Shown: positions 52,901 to 64,000 of the stretch, one piece after another | Position numbering within the stretch: the first letter of the stretch is position 1 | Layout of the letters: every line of letters begins with the position of its first letter | NCBI GenBank assembly: GCA_964016885.1 | Contig: OZ024744.1 | Location: 15,996,001 to 16,060,000, forward strand | Direction: 5' to 3' | DNA: 64,000 nucleotides | DNA from: Eledone cirrhosa | Lineage: Eukaryota | Notes under the pieces: model-generated | Seen by the model: the letters and a program-made list of their open reading frames with translations, nothing else | Told to the model about the DNA's origin: nothing | The model's database searches: none | Program-made: the position numbers and the translations under genes

Positions 52901-55900
52901 AGTTGGAGAAGGAGAGTATGAAGGAAGTTGAAGGAGGAGAATATGAACGAAGTTGGAGAAGGAGAATATGAAGGAAGCTGAAGAAGGAGAATCAGAAGGA
53001 AGTTGGAGAAGGAGAATATGAAGGAAGTTGAAGGAGGAGAATATGAAGGAATTTGGAAAAGGAGAGTATGAAGGAAGTTGGAGAAGGAGAATATGAAGGA
53101 AGTTGGAGAAGGAGAGTATGAAGGAAATTGGAGAAGGAGAATATGAAGAAAGTTGAAGGAGGAGAGTATGAAGGACGTTGGAGAAGGAGAGTATGAAGGA
53201 AGTTGAAGAAGGAGAATCTGAAGGAAGTTGGGGAAGGAGAGTATGAAGGAAGTTGAAGAAGGAGAATCTGAAGGAAGTTGGAGCAGGAGAGTATGAAGGA
53301 AGTTGGAGAAGGAGAGTATGAAGGAAGTTGGAGAAGGAGAGTATGAAGGAAGTTGAAGGAGGAGAATATGAAGTAAGTTGAAGATCGAGAATCTGAAGGA
53401 AGTTGGAGGAGAATATGAAGGAAGTTGGAGAAGGAGAATATGAAGGAAGTTGAAGAAGGAGAATATAAACGAATTTGGAGAAGGAGAGTATGAAGGAAGT
53501 TGGAGAATGAGAATCTGAAGGAAGTTGGAGAAGGAGAGTATGAAGGAAGTTTGAGAAGGAGAATCTGAAGGAAGTTGGAGAAGGAGAGTACGAAGGATGT
53601 TGAAGGAGAAGAATATGAAGGAAGTTGAAAAATGAGAATCTGAAGGAAGTTGGAGAAGGAGAATATAAAGGAAATTGAAGGAGGAGAATGTGGACGAAGT
53701 TGGAAAAGGAGAATATGAAGGAAGTTGAAGGAGGAGAATATTAAGGAAGTTGAAGGAGGAGAATATGAACGAAGTTGGAGAAGAAGAATATGAAGGAAGT
53801 TGAAGGAGAATCTGAAGGAAGTTGGAGGAGAGTATGAAGGAAGTTGGAGAAGGAGAGTATGAAGGAAGTTGAAGGAGGAGAATATGAACGAAGTTGGAGA
53901 AGGAGAATATGAAGGAAGTTGAAGAAGGAGAATCAGAAGGAAGTTGGAGAAGGAGAGTATGAAGGAAGTTGGAGAAGGAGAATATGAAGGAAGTTGAAGG
54001 AGGAGAATATGAAGGAAGTTGGAGAAGGAGAGTATGAAGGAAGTTGGAGAAGGAGAATATGAAGGAAGTCGGAGAAGGAGAGTATGAAGGAAGTTGGAGA
54101 AGGAGAATATGAAGAAAGTTGAAGGAGGAGAGTATGAAGGAAGTTGAAGGAGAAGAATATGAAGGAAGTTGAAGAAGGAGAATCTGAAGGAAGTTGGAGA
54201 AGGAGAATATAAAGGAAATTGAAGGAGGAGAATGTGGACGAAGTTGGAGAAGGAGAATATGAAGGAAGTTGAAGGAGGAGAATATTAAGGAAGTTGAAGG
54301 AGGAGAATCAGAAGGAAGTTGGAGAAGGAGAATATGAAGGAAGTTGAAGGAGGAGAATATAAACGAATTTGGAGAAGGAGAGTATGAAGGAAGTTGGAGA
54401 ATGAGAATGTGAAGGAAGTTGGAGAAGGAGAGTATGAAGGAAGTTTGAGAAGGAGAATCTGAAGGATGTTGGAGAAGGAGAGTACGAAGGAAGTTGAAGG
54501 AGAAGAATATGAAGAAAGTTGAAGAAGGAGAATCTGAAGGAAGTTGGAGAAGGAGAGTATGAAGGAAGTTGGAGAAGGAGAATATGAAGGAAATTGAAGG
54601 AGGAGAATATGACCGAAGTTGGAGAAGGAGAATATGAAGGAAGTTGAAGAAGGAGAATCTGAAGGAAGTTGGAGGAGAGTATGAAGGAAGTTGGAGAAGG
54701 AGAGTATGAAGGAAGTTGAAGGAGTAGAATCAGAAGGAAGTTGGAGAAGGAGAGTATGAAGGAAGTTGGAGAAGGAGAATATGAAGAAAGTTGAAGGGGG
54801 AGAGTATGAAGGAAGTTGCAGAAGGAGAGTATGAAGGAAGTTGAAGAAGGAGAATCTGAAGGAAGTTGGGGAAGGAGAGTATGAAGGAAGTTGAAGGAGG
54901 AGAATATGAAGTAAGTTGAAGATCGAGAATCTGAAGGAAGTTGGAGGAGAATATGAAGGAAGTTGGAGAAGGAGAATATGAAGGAAGTTGAAGAAGGAGA
55001 ATATAAACGAATTTGCAGAAGGAGAGTATGAAGGAAGTTGGAGAATGAGAATCTGAAGGAAGTTGGAGAAGGAGAGTCAGAAGGAAGTTGGAGAAGCACA
55101 GAATGAAGGAAGTTGAAGAAGGAGAATCTGAAAGAAGTTGGAGAAGGAGAGTATGAAGGAAGTTGAAGAAGGAGAATCTGAAGGAAGTTGGAGAAGGAGA
55201 GTATGAAGGAAGTTGAAGGAGAAGAATATGAAGGAAGTTGAAGAAGGAGAATCTGAAGGAAGTTGGAGCAGGAGAGTATGAAGGAAGTTGGAGAAGGAGA
55301 GTATGAAGGAAGTTGGAGAAGGAGAGTATGAAGGAAGTTGAAGGAGGAGAATATGAAGTAAGTTGAAGATCGAGAATCTGAAGGAAGTTGGAGGAGAATA
55401 TGAAGGAAGTTGGAGAAGGAGAATATGAAGGAAGTTGAAGAAGGAGAATATAAACGAATTTGCAGAAGGAGAGTATGAAGGAAGTTGGAGAATGAGAATC
55501 TGAAGGAAGTTGGAGAAGGAGAGTATGAAGGAAGTTTGAGAAGGAGAATCTGAAGGAAGTTGGAGAAGGAGAGTACGAAGGAAGTTGAAGGAGAAGAATA
55601 TGAAGGAAGTTGAAAAATGAGAATCTGAAGGAAGTTGGAGAAGGAGAATATAAAGGAAATTGAAGGAGGAGAATGTGGACGAAGTTGGAGAAGGAGAATA
55701 TGAAGGAAGTTGAAGGAGGAGAATATTAAGGAAGTTGAAGGAGGAGAATATGAACGAAGTTGGAGAAGAAGAATATGAAGGAAGTTGAAGAAGGAGAATC
55801 TGAAGGAAGTTGGAGGAGAGTATGAAGGAAGTTGGAGAAGGAGAGTATGAAGGAAGTTGAAGGAGGAGAATATGAACGATGTTGGAGAAGGAGAATATGA

Positions 55901-58900
55901 AGGAAGTTGAAGAAGGAGAATCAGAAGGAAGTTGGAGAAGGAGAGTATGAAGGAAGTTGGAGAAGGAGAATATGAAGGAAGTTGAAGGAGGAGAATCTGA
56001 AGGAAGTTGGAGGAGAGTATGAAGGAAGTTGGAGAATGAGAGTATGAAGGAAGTTGAAGAAGGAGAATATGAACGAAGTTGGAGAAGGAGAATATGAAGG
56101 AAGTTGAAGTAGGAGAATATGAAGGAAGTTGAAGAAGGAGAATCAGAAGGAAGTTGGAGAAGGAGAGTATGAAGGAAGTTGAAACAGGAGAATCTGAAAG
56201 AAGTTGGAGTGGTAGAGTATGAAGGAAGTTGGAGAAGGAGATTATGAAGGATGTTGAAGGAGGAGAATATGAAGGAAGTTGGAGAAGGAGAGTATGATGG
56301 AAGTTGGAGAAGGAGAATATGAAGGAAGTTGGAGAAGGAGAGTATGAAGGAAGTTGGAGAAGGAGAATATGAAGAAAGTTGGAGAAGGAGAGTATGAAGG
56401 AAGTTGAAGGAGAAGAATATGTAGGAAGTTGAAGAAGGAGAATCTGAAGGAAGTTGGAGAAGGAGAGTATGAAGGAAGTTGGAGAAGGTGAGTATGAAGG
56501 AAGTTGGAGAAGGAGAGTATGAAGGAAGTTGAAGGAGGAGAATATGAAGTAAGTTGAAGAAGGAGAATCTGAAGGAAGTTGGAGGAGAGTATGAAGGAAG
56601 TTGGAGAAGGAGAATATGAAGGAAGTTGAAGGAGGAGAATATAAACGAATTTGGAGAAGGAGAGTATGAAGGAAGTTGGAGAATGAGAATCTGAAGGAAG
56701 TTGGTGAAGGATAGTATGAAGGAAGTTTGAGAAGGAGAATCTGAAGGATGTTGGAGAAGGAGAGTACGAAGGAAGTTGAAGGAGAAGAATATGAAGGAAG
56801 TTGAAGAAGGAGAATATGAAGGAAGTTGGAGAAGGAGAGTATGAAGGAAGTTGGAGAAGGAGAATATGAAGGAAATTGAAGGAGGAGAATATGAACGAAG
56901 TTGGAGAAGAAAAATATGAAGGAAGTTGAAGAAGGATAATCTGAAGGAAGTTGGAGGAGAGTATGAAGGAAGTTGGAGAAGGAGAGTATGAAGGAAGTTG
57001 AAGGAGGAGAATATGAACGAAGTTGGAGAAGGAGAATATGAAGGAAGCTGAAGAAGGAGAATCAGAAGGAAGTTGGAGAAGGAGAATATGAAGGAAGTTG
57101 AAGGAGGAGAATATGAAGGAATTTGGAAAAGGAGAGTATGAAGGAAGTTGGAGAAGGAGAATATGAAGGAAGTTGGAGAAGGAGAGTATGAAGGAAATTG
57201 GAGAAGGAGAATATGAAGAAAGTTGAAGGAGGAGAGTATGAAGGACGTTGGAGAAGGAGAGTATGAAGGAAGTTGAAGAAGGAGAATCTGAAGGAAGTTG
57301 GGGAAGGAGAGTATGAAGGAAGTTGAAGAAGGAGAATCTGAAGGAAGTTGGAGCAGGAGAGTATGAAGGAAGTTGGAGAAGGAGAGTATGAAGGAAGTTG
57401 GAGAAGGAGAGTATGAAGGAAGTTGAAGGAGGAGAATATGAAGTAAGTTGAAGATCGAGAATCTGAAGGAAGTTGGAGGAGAATATGAAGGAAGTTGGAG
57501 AAGGAGAATATGAAGGAAGTTGAAGAAGGAGAATATAAACGAATTTGGAGAAGGAGAGTATGAAGGAAGTTGGAGAATGAGAATCTGAAGGAAGTTGGAG
57601 AAGGAGAGTATGAAGGAAGTTTGAGAAGGAGAATCTGAAGGAAGTTGGAGAAGGAGAGTACGAAGGATGTTGAAGGAGAAGAATATGAAGGAAGTTGAAA
57701 AATGAGAATCTGAAGGAAGTTGGAGAAGGAGAATATAAAGGAAATTGAAGGAGGAGAATGTGGACGAAGTTGGAAAAGGAGAATATGAAGGAAGTTGAAG
57801 GAGGAGAATATTAAGGAAGTTGAAGGAGGAGAATATGAACGAAGTTGGAGAAGAAGAATATGAAGGAAGTTGAAGGAGAATCTGAAGGAAGTTGGAGGAG
57901 AGTATGAAGGAAGTTGGAGAAGGAGAGTATGAAGGAAGTTGAAGGAGGAGAATATGAACGAAGTTGGAGAAGGAGAATATGAAGGAAGTTGAAGAAGGAG
58001 AATCAGAAGGAAGTTGGAGAAGGAGAGTATGAAGGAAGTTGGAGAAGGAGAATATGAAGGAAGTTGAAGGAGGAGAATATGAAGGAAGTTGGAGAAGGAG
58101 AGTATGAAGGAAGTTGGAGAAGGAGAATATGAAGGAAGTCGGAGAAGGAGAGTATGAAGGAAGTTGGAGAAGGAGAATATGAAGAAAGTTGAAGGAGGAG
58201 AGTATGAAGGAAGTTGAAGGAGAAGAATATGAAGGAAGTTGAAGAAGGAGAATCTGAAGGAAGTTGGAGAAGGAGAATATAAAGGAAATTGAAGGAGGAG
58301 AATGTGGACGAAGTTGGAGAAGGAGAATATGAAGGAAGTTGAAGGAGGAGAATATTAAGGAAGTTGAAGGAGGAGAATCAGAAGGAAGTTGGAGAAGGAG
58401 AATATGAAGGAAGTTGAAGGAGGAGAATATAAACGAATTTGGAGAAGGAGAGTATGAAGGAAGTTGGAGAATGAGAATGTGAAGGAAGTTGGAGAAGGAG
58501 AGTATGAAGGAAGTTTGAGAAGGAGAATCTGAAGGATGTTGGAGAAGGAGAGTACGAAGGAAGTTGAAGGAGAAGAATATGAAGAAAGTTGAAGAAGGAG
58601 AATCTGAAGGAAGTTGGAGAAGGAGAGTATGAAGGAAGTTGGAGAAGGAGAATATGAAGGAAATTGAAGGAGGAGAATATGACCGAAGTTGGAGAAGGAG
58701 AATATGAAGGAAGTTGAAGAAGGAGAATCTGAAGGAAGTTGGAGGAGAGTATGAAGGAAGTTGGAGAAGGAGAGTATGAAGGAAGTTGAAGGAGGAGAAT
58801 CAGAAGGAAGTTGGAGAAGGAGAGTATGAAGGAAGTTGGAGAAGGAGAATATGAAGAAAGTTGAAGGGGGAGAGTATGAAGGAAGTTGCAGAAGGAGAGT

Positions 58901-61315
58901 ATGAAGGAAGTTGAAGAAGGAGAATCTGAAGGAAGTTGGGGAAGGAGAGTATGAAGGAAGTTGAAGGAGGAGAATATGAAGTAAGTTGAAGATCGAGAAT
59001 CTGAAGGAAGTTGGAGGAGAATATGAAGGAAGTTGGAGAAGGAGAATATGAAGGAAGTTGAAGAAGGAGAATATAAACGAATTTGCAGAAGGAGAGTATG
59101 AAGGAAGTTGGAGAATGAGAATCTGAAGGAAGTTGGAGAAGGAGAGTCAGAAGGAAGTTGGAGAAGCACAGAATGAAGGAAGTTGAAGAAGGAGAATCTG
59201 AAAGAAGTTGGAGAAGGAGAGTATGAAGGAAGTTGAAGAAGGAGAATCTGAAGGAAGTTGGAGAAGGAGAGTATGAAGGAAGTTGAAGGAGAAGAATATG
59301 AAGGAAGTTGAAGAAGGAGAATCTGAAGGAAGTTGGAGCAGGAGAGTATGAAGGAAGTTGGAGAAGGAGAGTATGAAGGAAGTTGGAGAAGGAGAGTATG
59401 AAGGAAGTTGAAGGAGGAGAATATGAAGTAAGTTGAAGATCGAGAATCTGAAGGAAGTTGGAGGAGAATATGAAGGAAGTTGGAGAAGGAGAATATGAAG
59501 GAAGTTGAAGAAGGAGAATATAAACGAATTTGCAGAAGGAGAGTATGAAGGAAGTTGGAGAATGAGAATCTGAAGGAAGTTGGAGAAGGAGAGTATGAAG
59601 GAAGTTTGAGAAGGAGAATCTGAAGGAAGTTGGAGAAGGAGAGTACGAAGGAAGTTGAAGGAGAAGAATATGAAGGAAGTTGAAAAATGAGAATCTGAAG
59701 GAAGTTGGAGAAGGAGAATATAAAGGAAATTGAAGGAGGAGAATGTGGACGAAGTTGGAGAAGGAGAATATGAAGGAAGTTGAAGGAGGAGAATATTAAG
59801 GAAGTTGAAGGAGGAGAATATGAACGAAGTTGGAGAAGAAGAATATGAAGGAAGTTGAAGAAGGAGAATCTGAAGGAAGTTGGAGGAGAGTATGAAGGAA
59901 GTTGGAGAAGGAGAGTATGAAGGAAGTTGAAGGAGGAGAATATGAACGATGTTGGAGAAGGAGAATATGAAGGAAGTTGAAGAAGGAGAATCAGAAGGAA
60001 GTTGGAGAAGGAGAGTATGAAGGAAGTTGGAGAAGGAGAATATGAAGGAAGTTGAAGGAGGAGAATCTGAAGGAAGTTGGAGGAGAGTATGAAAGAAGTT
60101 GGAGAATGAGAGTATGAAGGAAGTTGAAGAAGGAGAATATGAACGAAGTTGGAGAAGGAGAATATGAAGGAAGTTGAAGTAGGAGAATATGAAGGAAGTT
60201 GAAGAAGGAGAATCAGAAGGAAGTTGGAGAAGGAGAGTATGAAGGAAGTTGAAACAGGAGAATCTGAAAGAAGTTGGAGTGGTAGAGTATGAAGGAAGTT
60301 GGAGAAGGAGATTATGAAGGATGTTGAAGGAGGAGAATATGAAGGAAGTTGGAGAAGGAGAGTATGATGGAAGTTGGAGAAGGAGAATATGAAGGAAGTT
60401 GGAGAAGGAGAGTATGAAGGAAGTTGGAGAAGGAGAATATGAAGAAAGTTGGAGAAGGAGAGTATGAAGGAAGTTGAAGGAGAAGAATATGTAGGAAGTT
60501 GAAGAAGGAGAATCTGAAGGAAGTTGGAGAAGGAGAGTATGAAGGAAGTTGGAGAAGGTGAGTATGAAGGAAGTTGGAGAAGGAGAGTATGAAGGAAGTT
60601 GAAGGAGGAGAATATGAAGTAAGTTGAAGAAGGAGAATCTGAAGGAAGTTGGAGGAGAGTATGAAGGAAGTTGGAGAAGGAGAATATGAAGGAAGTTGAA
60701 GGAGGAGAATATAAACGAATTTGGAGAAGGAGAGTATGAAGGAAGTTGGAGAATGAGAATCTGAAGGAAGTTGGTGAAGGAGAGTATGAAGGAAGTTTGA
60801 GAAGGAGAATCTGAAGGATGTTGGAGAAGGAGAGTACGAAGGAAGTTGAAGGAGAAGAATATGAAGGAAGTTGAAGAAGGAGAATATGAAGGAAGTTGGA
60901 GAAGGAGAGTATGAAGGAAGTTGGAGAAGGAGAATATGAAGGAAATTGAAGGAGGAGAATATGAACGAAGTTGGAGAAGAAAAATATGAAGGAAGTTGAA
61001 GAAGGATAATCTGAAGGAAGTTGGAGGAGAGTATGAAGGAAGTTGGAGAAGGAGAGTATGAAGGAAGTTGAAGGAGGAGAATATGAACGAAGTTGGAGAA
61101 GGAGAATATGAAGGAAGCTGAAGAAGGAGAATCAGAAGGAAGTTGGAGAAGGAGAATATGAAGGAAGTTGAAGGAGGAGAATATGAAGGAATTTGGAAAA
61201 GGAGAGTATGAAGGAAGTTGGAGAAGGAGAATATGAAGGAAGTTGGAGAAGGAGAGTATGAAGGAAATTGGAGAAGGAGAATATGAAGAAAGTTGAAGGA
61301 GGAGAGTATGAAGGA
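46914..61315 (+). repeat. Higher-order repeat, 4,070-bp unit (154 x 25-bp + 10 x 22-bp monomers), ~3.5 near-identical tandem copies
   Basis: AAGCACAG marker at 46959/51029/55099/59169; GAGTGGTAG at ~48067/52137/56207/60277; near-identical 263-aa ORFs at 50238/54308/58378. All are spaced 4,070 bp. I counted ten 22-mers in the first unit, which gives exactly 4,070. Confidence 0.96.
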
Positions 61316-62899
61316 AGCTTGAGAAGGAGAATCTGAAGGATGTTGGAGAAGGAGAATCTGAAGGAAGTTGGGGAAGGAGAGTATGAAGGAAGTTGAAGGA
61401 GAAGAATATGAAGGAAGTTGAAGAAGGAGAATATGAAGGAAGTTGGAGAAGGAGAGTATGAAGGAAGTTGGAGAAGGAGAATATGAAGGAAATTGAAGGA
61501 GGAGAATATGAAGGAAGTTGGAGAAGGAGAGTATGAAGGAAGTTGGAGAAGGAGAATATGAAGGAAGTTGGAGAAGGAGAGTATGAAGGAAGTTGGAGAA
61601 GGAGAGTATGAAGGAAGTTGGAGAAGGAGAATATGAAGGAAATTGAAGGAGGAGAATATGAACGAAGTTGGAGAAGAAAAATATGAAGGAAGTTGAAGAA
61701 GGATAATCTGAAGGAAGTTGGAGGAGAGTATGAAGGAAGTTGGAGAAGGAGAGTATGAAGGAAGTTGAAGGAGGAGAATATAAACGAATTTGGAGCAGGA
61801 GAGTATGAAGGAAGTTGGAGAATGAGAATCTGAAGGAAGTTGGAGAAGGAGAGTATGAAGGAAGCTTGAGAAGGAGAATCTGAAGGATGTTGGAGAAGGA
61901 GAGTACGAAGGAAGTTGAAGGAGAAGAATATGAAGGAAGTTGAAGAAGGAGAATATGAAGGAAGTTGGAGAAGGAGAGTATGAAGGAAGTTGGAGAAGGA
62001 GAATATGAAGGAAATTGAAGGAGGAGAATATGAACGAAGTTGGAGAAGAAAAATATGAAGGAAGTTGAAGAAGGATAATCTGAAGGAAGTTGGAGGAGAG
62101 TATGAAGGAAGTTGGAGAAGGAGAGTATGAAGGAAGTTGAAGGAGGAGAATATGAACGAAGTCGGAGAAGGAGAATATGAAGGAAGTTGAAGAAGGAGAA
62201 TCAGAAGGAAGTTGGAGAAGGAGAATATGAAGGAAGTTGAAGGAGGAGAATATGAAGGAATTTGGAGAAGGAGAGTATGAAGAAAGTTGGAGAAGGAGAA
62301 TATGAAGGAAGTTGGAGAAGGAGAGTATGAAGGAAATTGGAGAAGGAGAATATGAAGAAAGTTGAAGGAGGAGAGTATGAAGGAAGTTGGAGAAGGAGAG
62401 TATGAAGGAAGTTGAAGAAGGAGAATCTGAAGGAAGTTGGGGAAGGAGAGTATGAAGGAAGTTGAAGGAGAAGAATATGAAGGAAGTTGAAGAAAGAGAA
62501 TATGAAGGAAGATGGAGGAGGAGAGTATGAAGGAAGTTGGAGAAGGAGAGTATGAAGGAGGTTGGAGGACGAGCGTATGAAGGAAGTTGGAGGAGGAGAG
62601 TATGAAGGAAGTTGAAGGAGGAGAATATGAAGGAATTTGGAAAAGGAGAGTATGAAGGAAGTTGGAGAAGGAGAATATGAAGGAAGTTGGAGAAGGAGAG
62701 TATGAAGGAAATTGGAGAAGGAGAATATGAAGAAAGTTGAAGGAGGAGAGTATGAAGGACGTTGGAGAAGGAGAGTATGAAGGAAGTTGAAGAAGGAGAA
62801 TCTGAAGGAAGTTGGGGAAGGAGAGTATGAAGGAAGTTGAAGAAGGAGAATCTGAAGGAAGTTGGAGCAGGAGAGTATGAAGGAAGTTGGAGAAGGAGA

Positions 62900-64000
62900 G
62901 TATGAAGGAAGTTGGAGAAGGAGAGTATGAAGGAAGTTGAGGGAGGAGAATATGAACGAAGTTGGAGAAGGAGAATATGAAGGAAGTTGAAGAAGGAGAA
63001 TCAAAAGGAAGTTGGAGAAGGAGAATATGAAGGAATTTGAAGGAGGAGAATATGAAGGAATTTGGAGAAGGAGAGTATGAAGGAAGTTGGAGGAGGAGAG
63101 TATGAAGGAAGTTGGAGAAGGAGAGTATGAAGGAAGTTGGAGAAGGAGTATCTGAAGAAGTTGGAGAAGGAGAGTATGAAGGAAGTTGAAGGAGAAGAAT
63201 ATGAAGGAAGTTGAAGAAAGAGAATCTGAAGGAAGTTGGAGAAGGAGAATATGAAGGAAGTTGAAGGAGGAGAATATGAAGGAAGTTGGAGAAGGAGAAT
63301 CAGAAGGAAGTTGGAGAAGCACAGAATGAAGGAAGTTGAAGAAGGAGAATCTGAAGGAAGTTGGAGAAGGAGAGTATGAAGGAAGTTGGAGAAGGAGAGT
63401 ATGAAGGAAGTTGGAGAAGGAGAGTATGAAGGAAGTTGAAGGAGGAGAATATGAAGTAAGTTGAAGATGGAGAATCTGAAGGAAGTTGGAGGAGAATATG
63501 AAGGAAGTTGGAGAAGGAGAATATGAAGGAAGTTGAAGAAGGAGAATATAAACGAATTTGGAGAAGGAGAGTATGAAGGAAGTTGGAGAATGAGAATCTG
63601 AAGGAAGTTGGAGAAGGAGAGTATGAAGGAAGTTTGAGAAGGAGAATCTGAAGGAAGTTGGAGAAGGAGAGTACGAAGGAAGTTTGAGAAGGAGAATCTG
63701 AAGGAAGTTGGAGAAGGAGAGTATGAAGGAAATTGGAGAAGGAGAATATGAAGAAAGTTGAAGGAGGAGAGTATGAAGGAAGTTGGAGAAGGAGAGTATG
63801 AAGGAAGTTGTAGAAGGAGAATCTGAAGGAAGTTGGGGAAGGAGAGTATGAAGGAAGTTGAAGGAGAAGAATATGAAGGAAGTTGAAGAAAGAGAATATG
63901 AAGGAAGATGGAGGAGGAGAGTATGAAGGAAGTTGAAGGAGAAGAATATGAAGGAAGTTGAAGAAAGAGAATCTGAAGGAAGTTGGAGAAGGAGAATATG
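62900..64000 (+). repeat. Copy of block ~45790-46890 (offset 17,110), truncated by the window end
   Basis: TCAAAAGG 45891 vs 63001; AAGCACAG 46212 vs 63322; rare GTTGTAGAAG 46701 vs 63811. Confidence 0.9.

Larger units (their letters stand above)
1..64000 (+). repeat. Tandem satellite array, 25-bp purine-rich monomer GAAGGAAGTTG(G/A)AG(A/G)AGGAGA(G/A)T(A/C)T, single orientation, extends past both window ends
   Basis: GAAGGAAGTTG recurs every 25 bp throughout (e.g. 186, 211, 236). No non-repeat insertion or strand switch was seen. The minus-strand translations repeat every 25 aa (3 monomers), as expected for a 25-bp unit. Confidence 0.99.

Noticed and set aside
632-63322. Minus-strand ORFs of 65-1,921 aa as protein-coding genes
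   Set aside because: They overlap in different frames with the same peptide and have no unique domain. Most start at a GTG created by the AAGCAC variant and end at sporadic TCA/TTA variants. The 25-bp unit is not codon-phased and frameshifting 24-mers are tolerated.
1-64000. Giant + strand E/G/K/R-rich protein under a TGA-recoded genetic code
   Set aside because: The TGG/TGA alternation looks synonymous in only one of the three frames each monomer passes through. TAA/TAG variants (TATAAACG, GTAAG, ATTAAG, GATAAT, GTAG) are frequent and would still terminate translation.
1-64000. CRISPR array
   Set aside because: The repeat length is similar, but the units are directly adjacent, with no unique spacers, leader or cas genes.
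1-64000. Telomerase-type or rolling-circle reverse-transcribed repeat
   Set aside because: A single template would give near-uniform units. Here the variants are inherited in long duplicated blocks, which points to DNA-level recombination. It also matches no telomere motif I know.
1-64000. Pure sequencing or assembly artefact
   Set aside because: Consistent rare variants, nested duplications and copy-specific SNPs are hard to produce artefactually. Exact copy numbers still need read validation.
1-64000. Canonical G-quadruplexes, hairpins, terminators or structured RNAs
   Set aside because: G runs are almost all GG, with only isolated GGGG/GGGGG variants. The near absence of C on + precludes stable inverted-repeat stems.
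1-64000. Apparent enrichment of CpG among the rare C variants (AACG, GACG, TACG, GATCG)
   Set aside because: The G-rich background makes CpG likely for any new C, and the copies are not independent events. No claim is possible without counts.

Overview
The whole 64-kb window is one uninterrupted, head-to-tail tandem satellite array of about 2,580 monomers (64,000 / ~24.8 bp). The 25-bp consensus on the + strand is GAAGGAAGTTG(G/A)AG(A/G)AGGAGA(G/A)T(A/C)T. It is about 84% purine on + and almost free of C, and it has recurrent 22-bp and rarer 24- and 21-bp deletion monomers. I saw no unique sequence, gene, RNA gene, transposon, inversion or array boundary. The minus-strand ORFs in the track are best explained as by-products of a stop-free 25-bp unit. 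The real information is in the order of variant monomers, which shows nested higher-order structure: 175- and 225-bp local duplications, a ~3.0-kb tandem duplication, a near-identical 4,070-bp (164-monomer) repeat in ~3.5 copies, and a ~15-17-kb block duplicated 29-31 kb away. The organism and satellite family cannot be identified from the sequence alone. All alignments were made by eye using rare marker variants, so block boundaries are approximate (about ±1-2 monomers).
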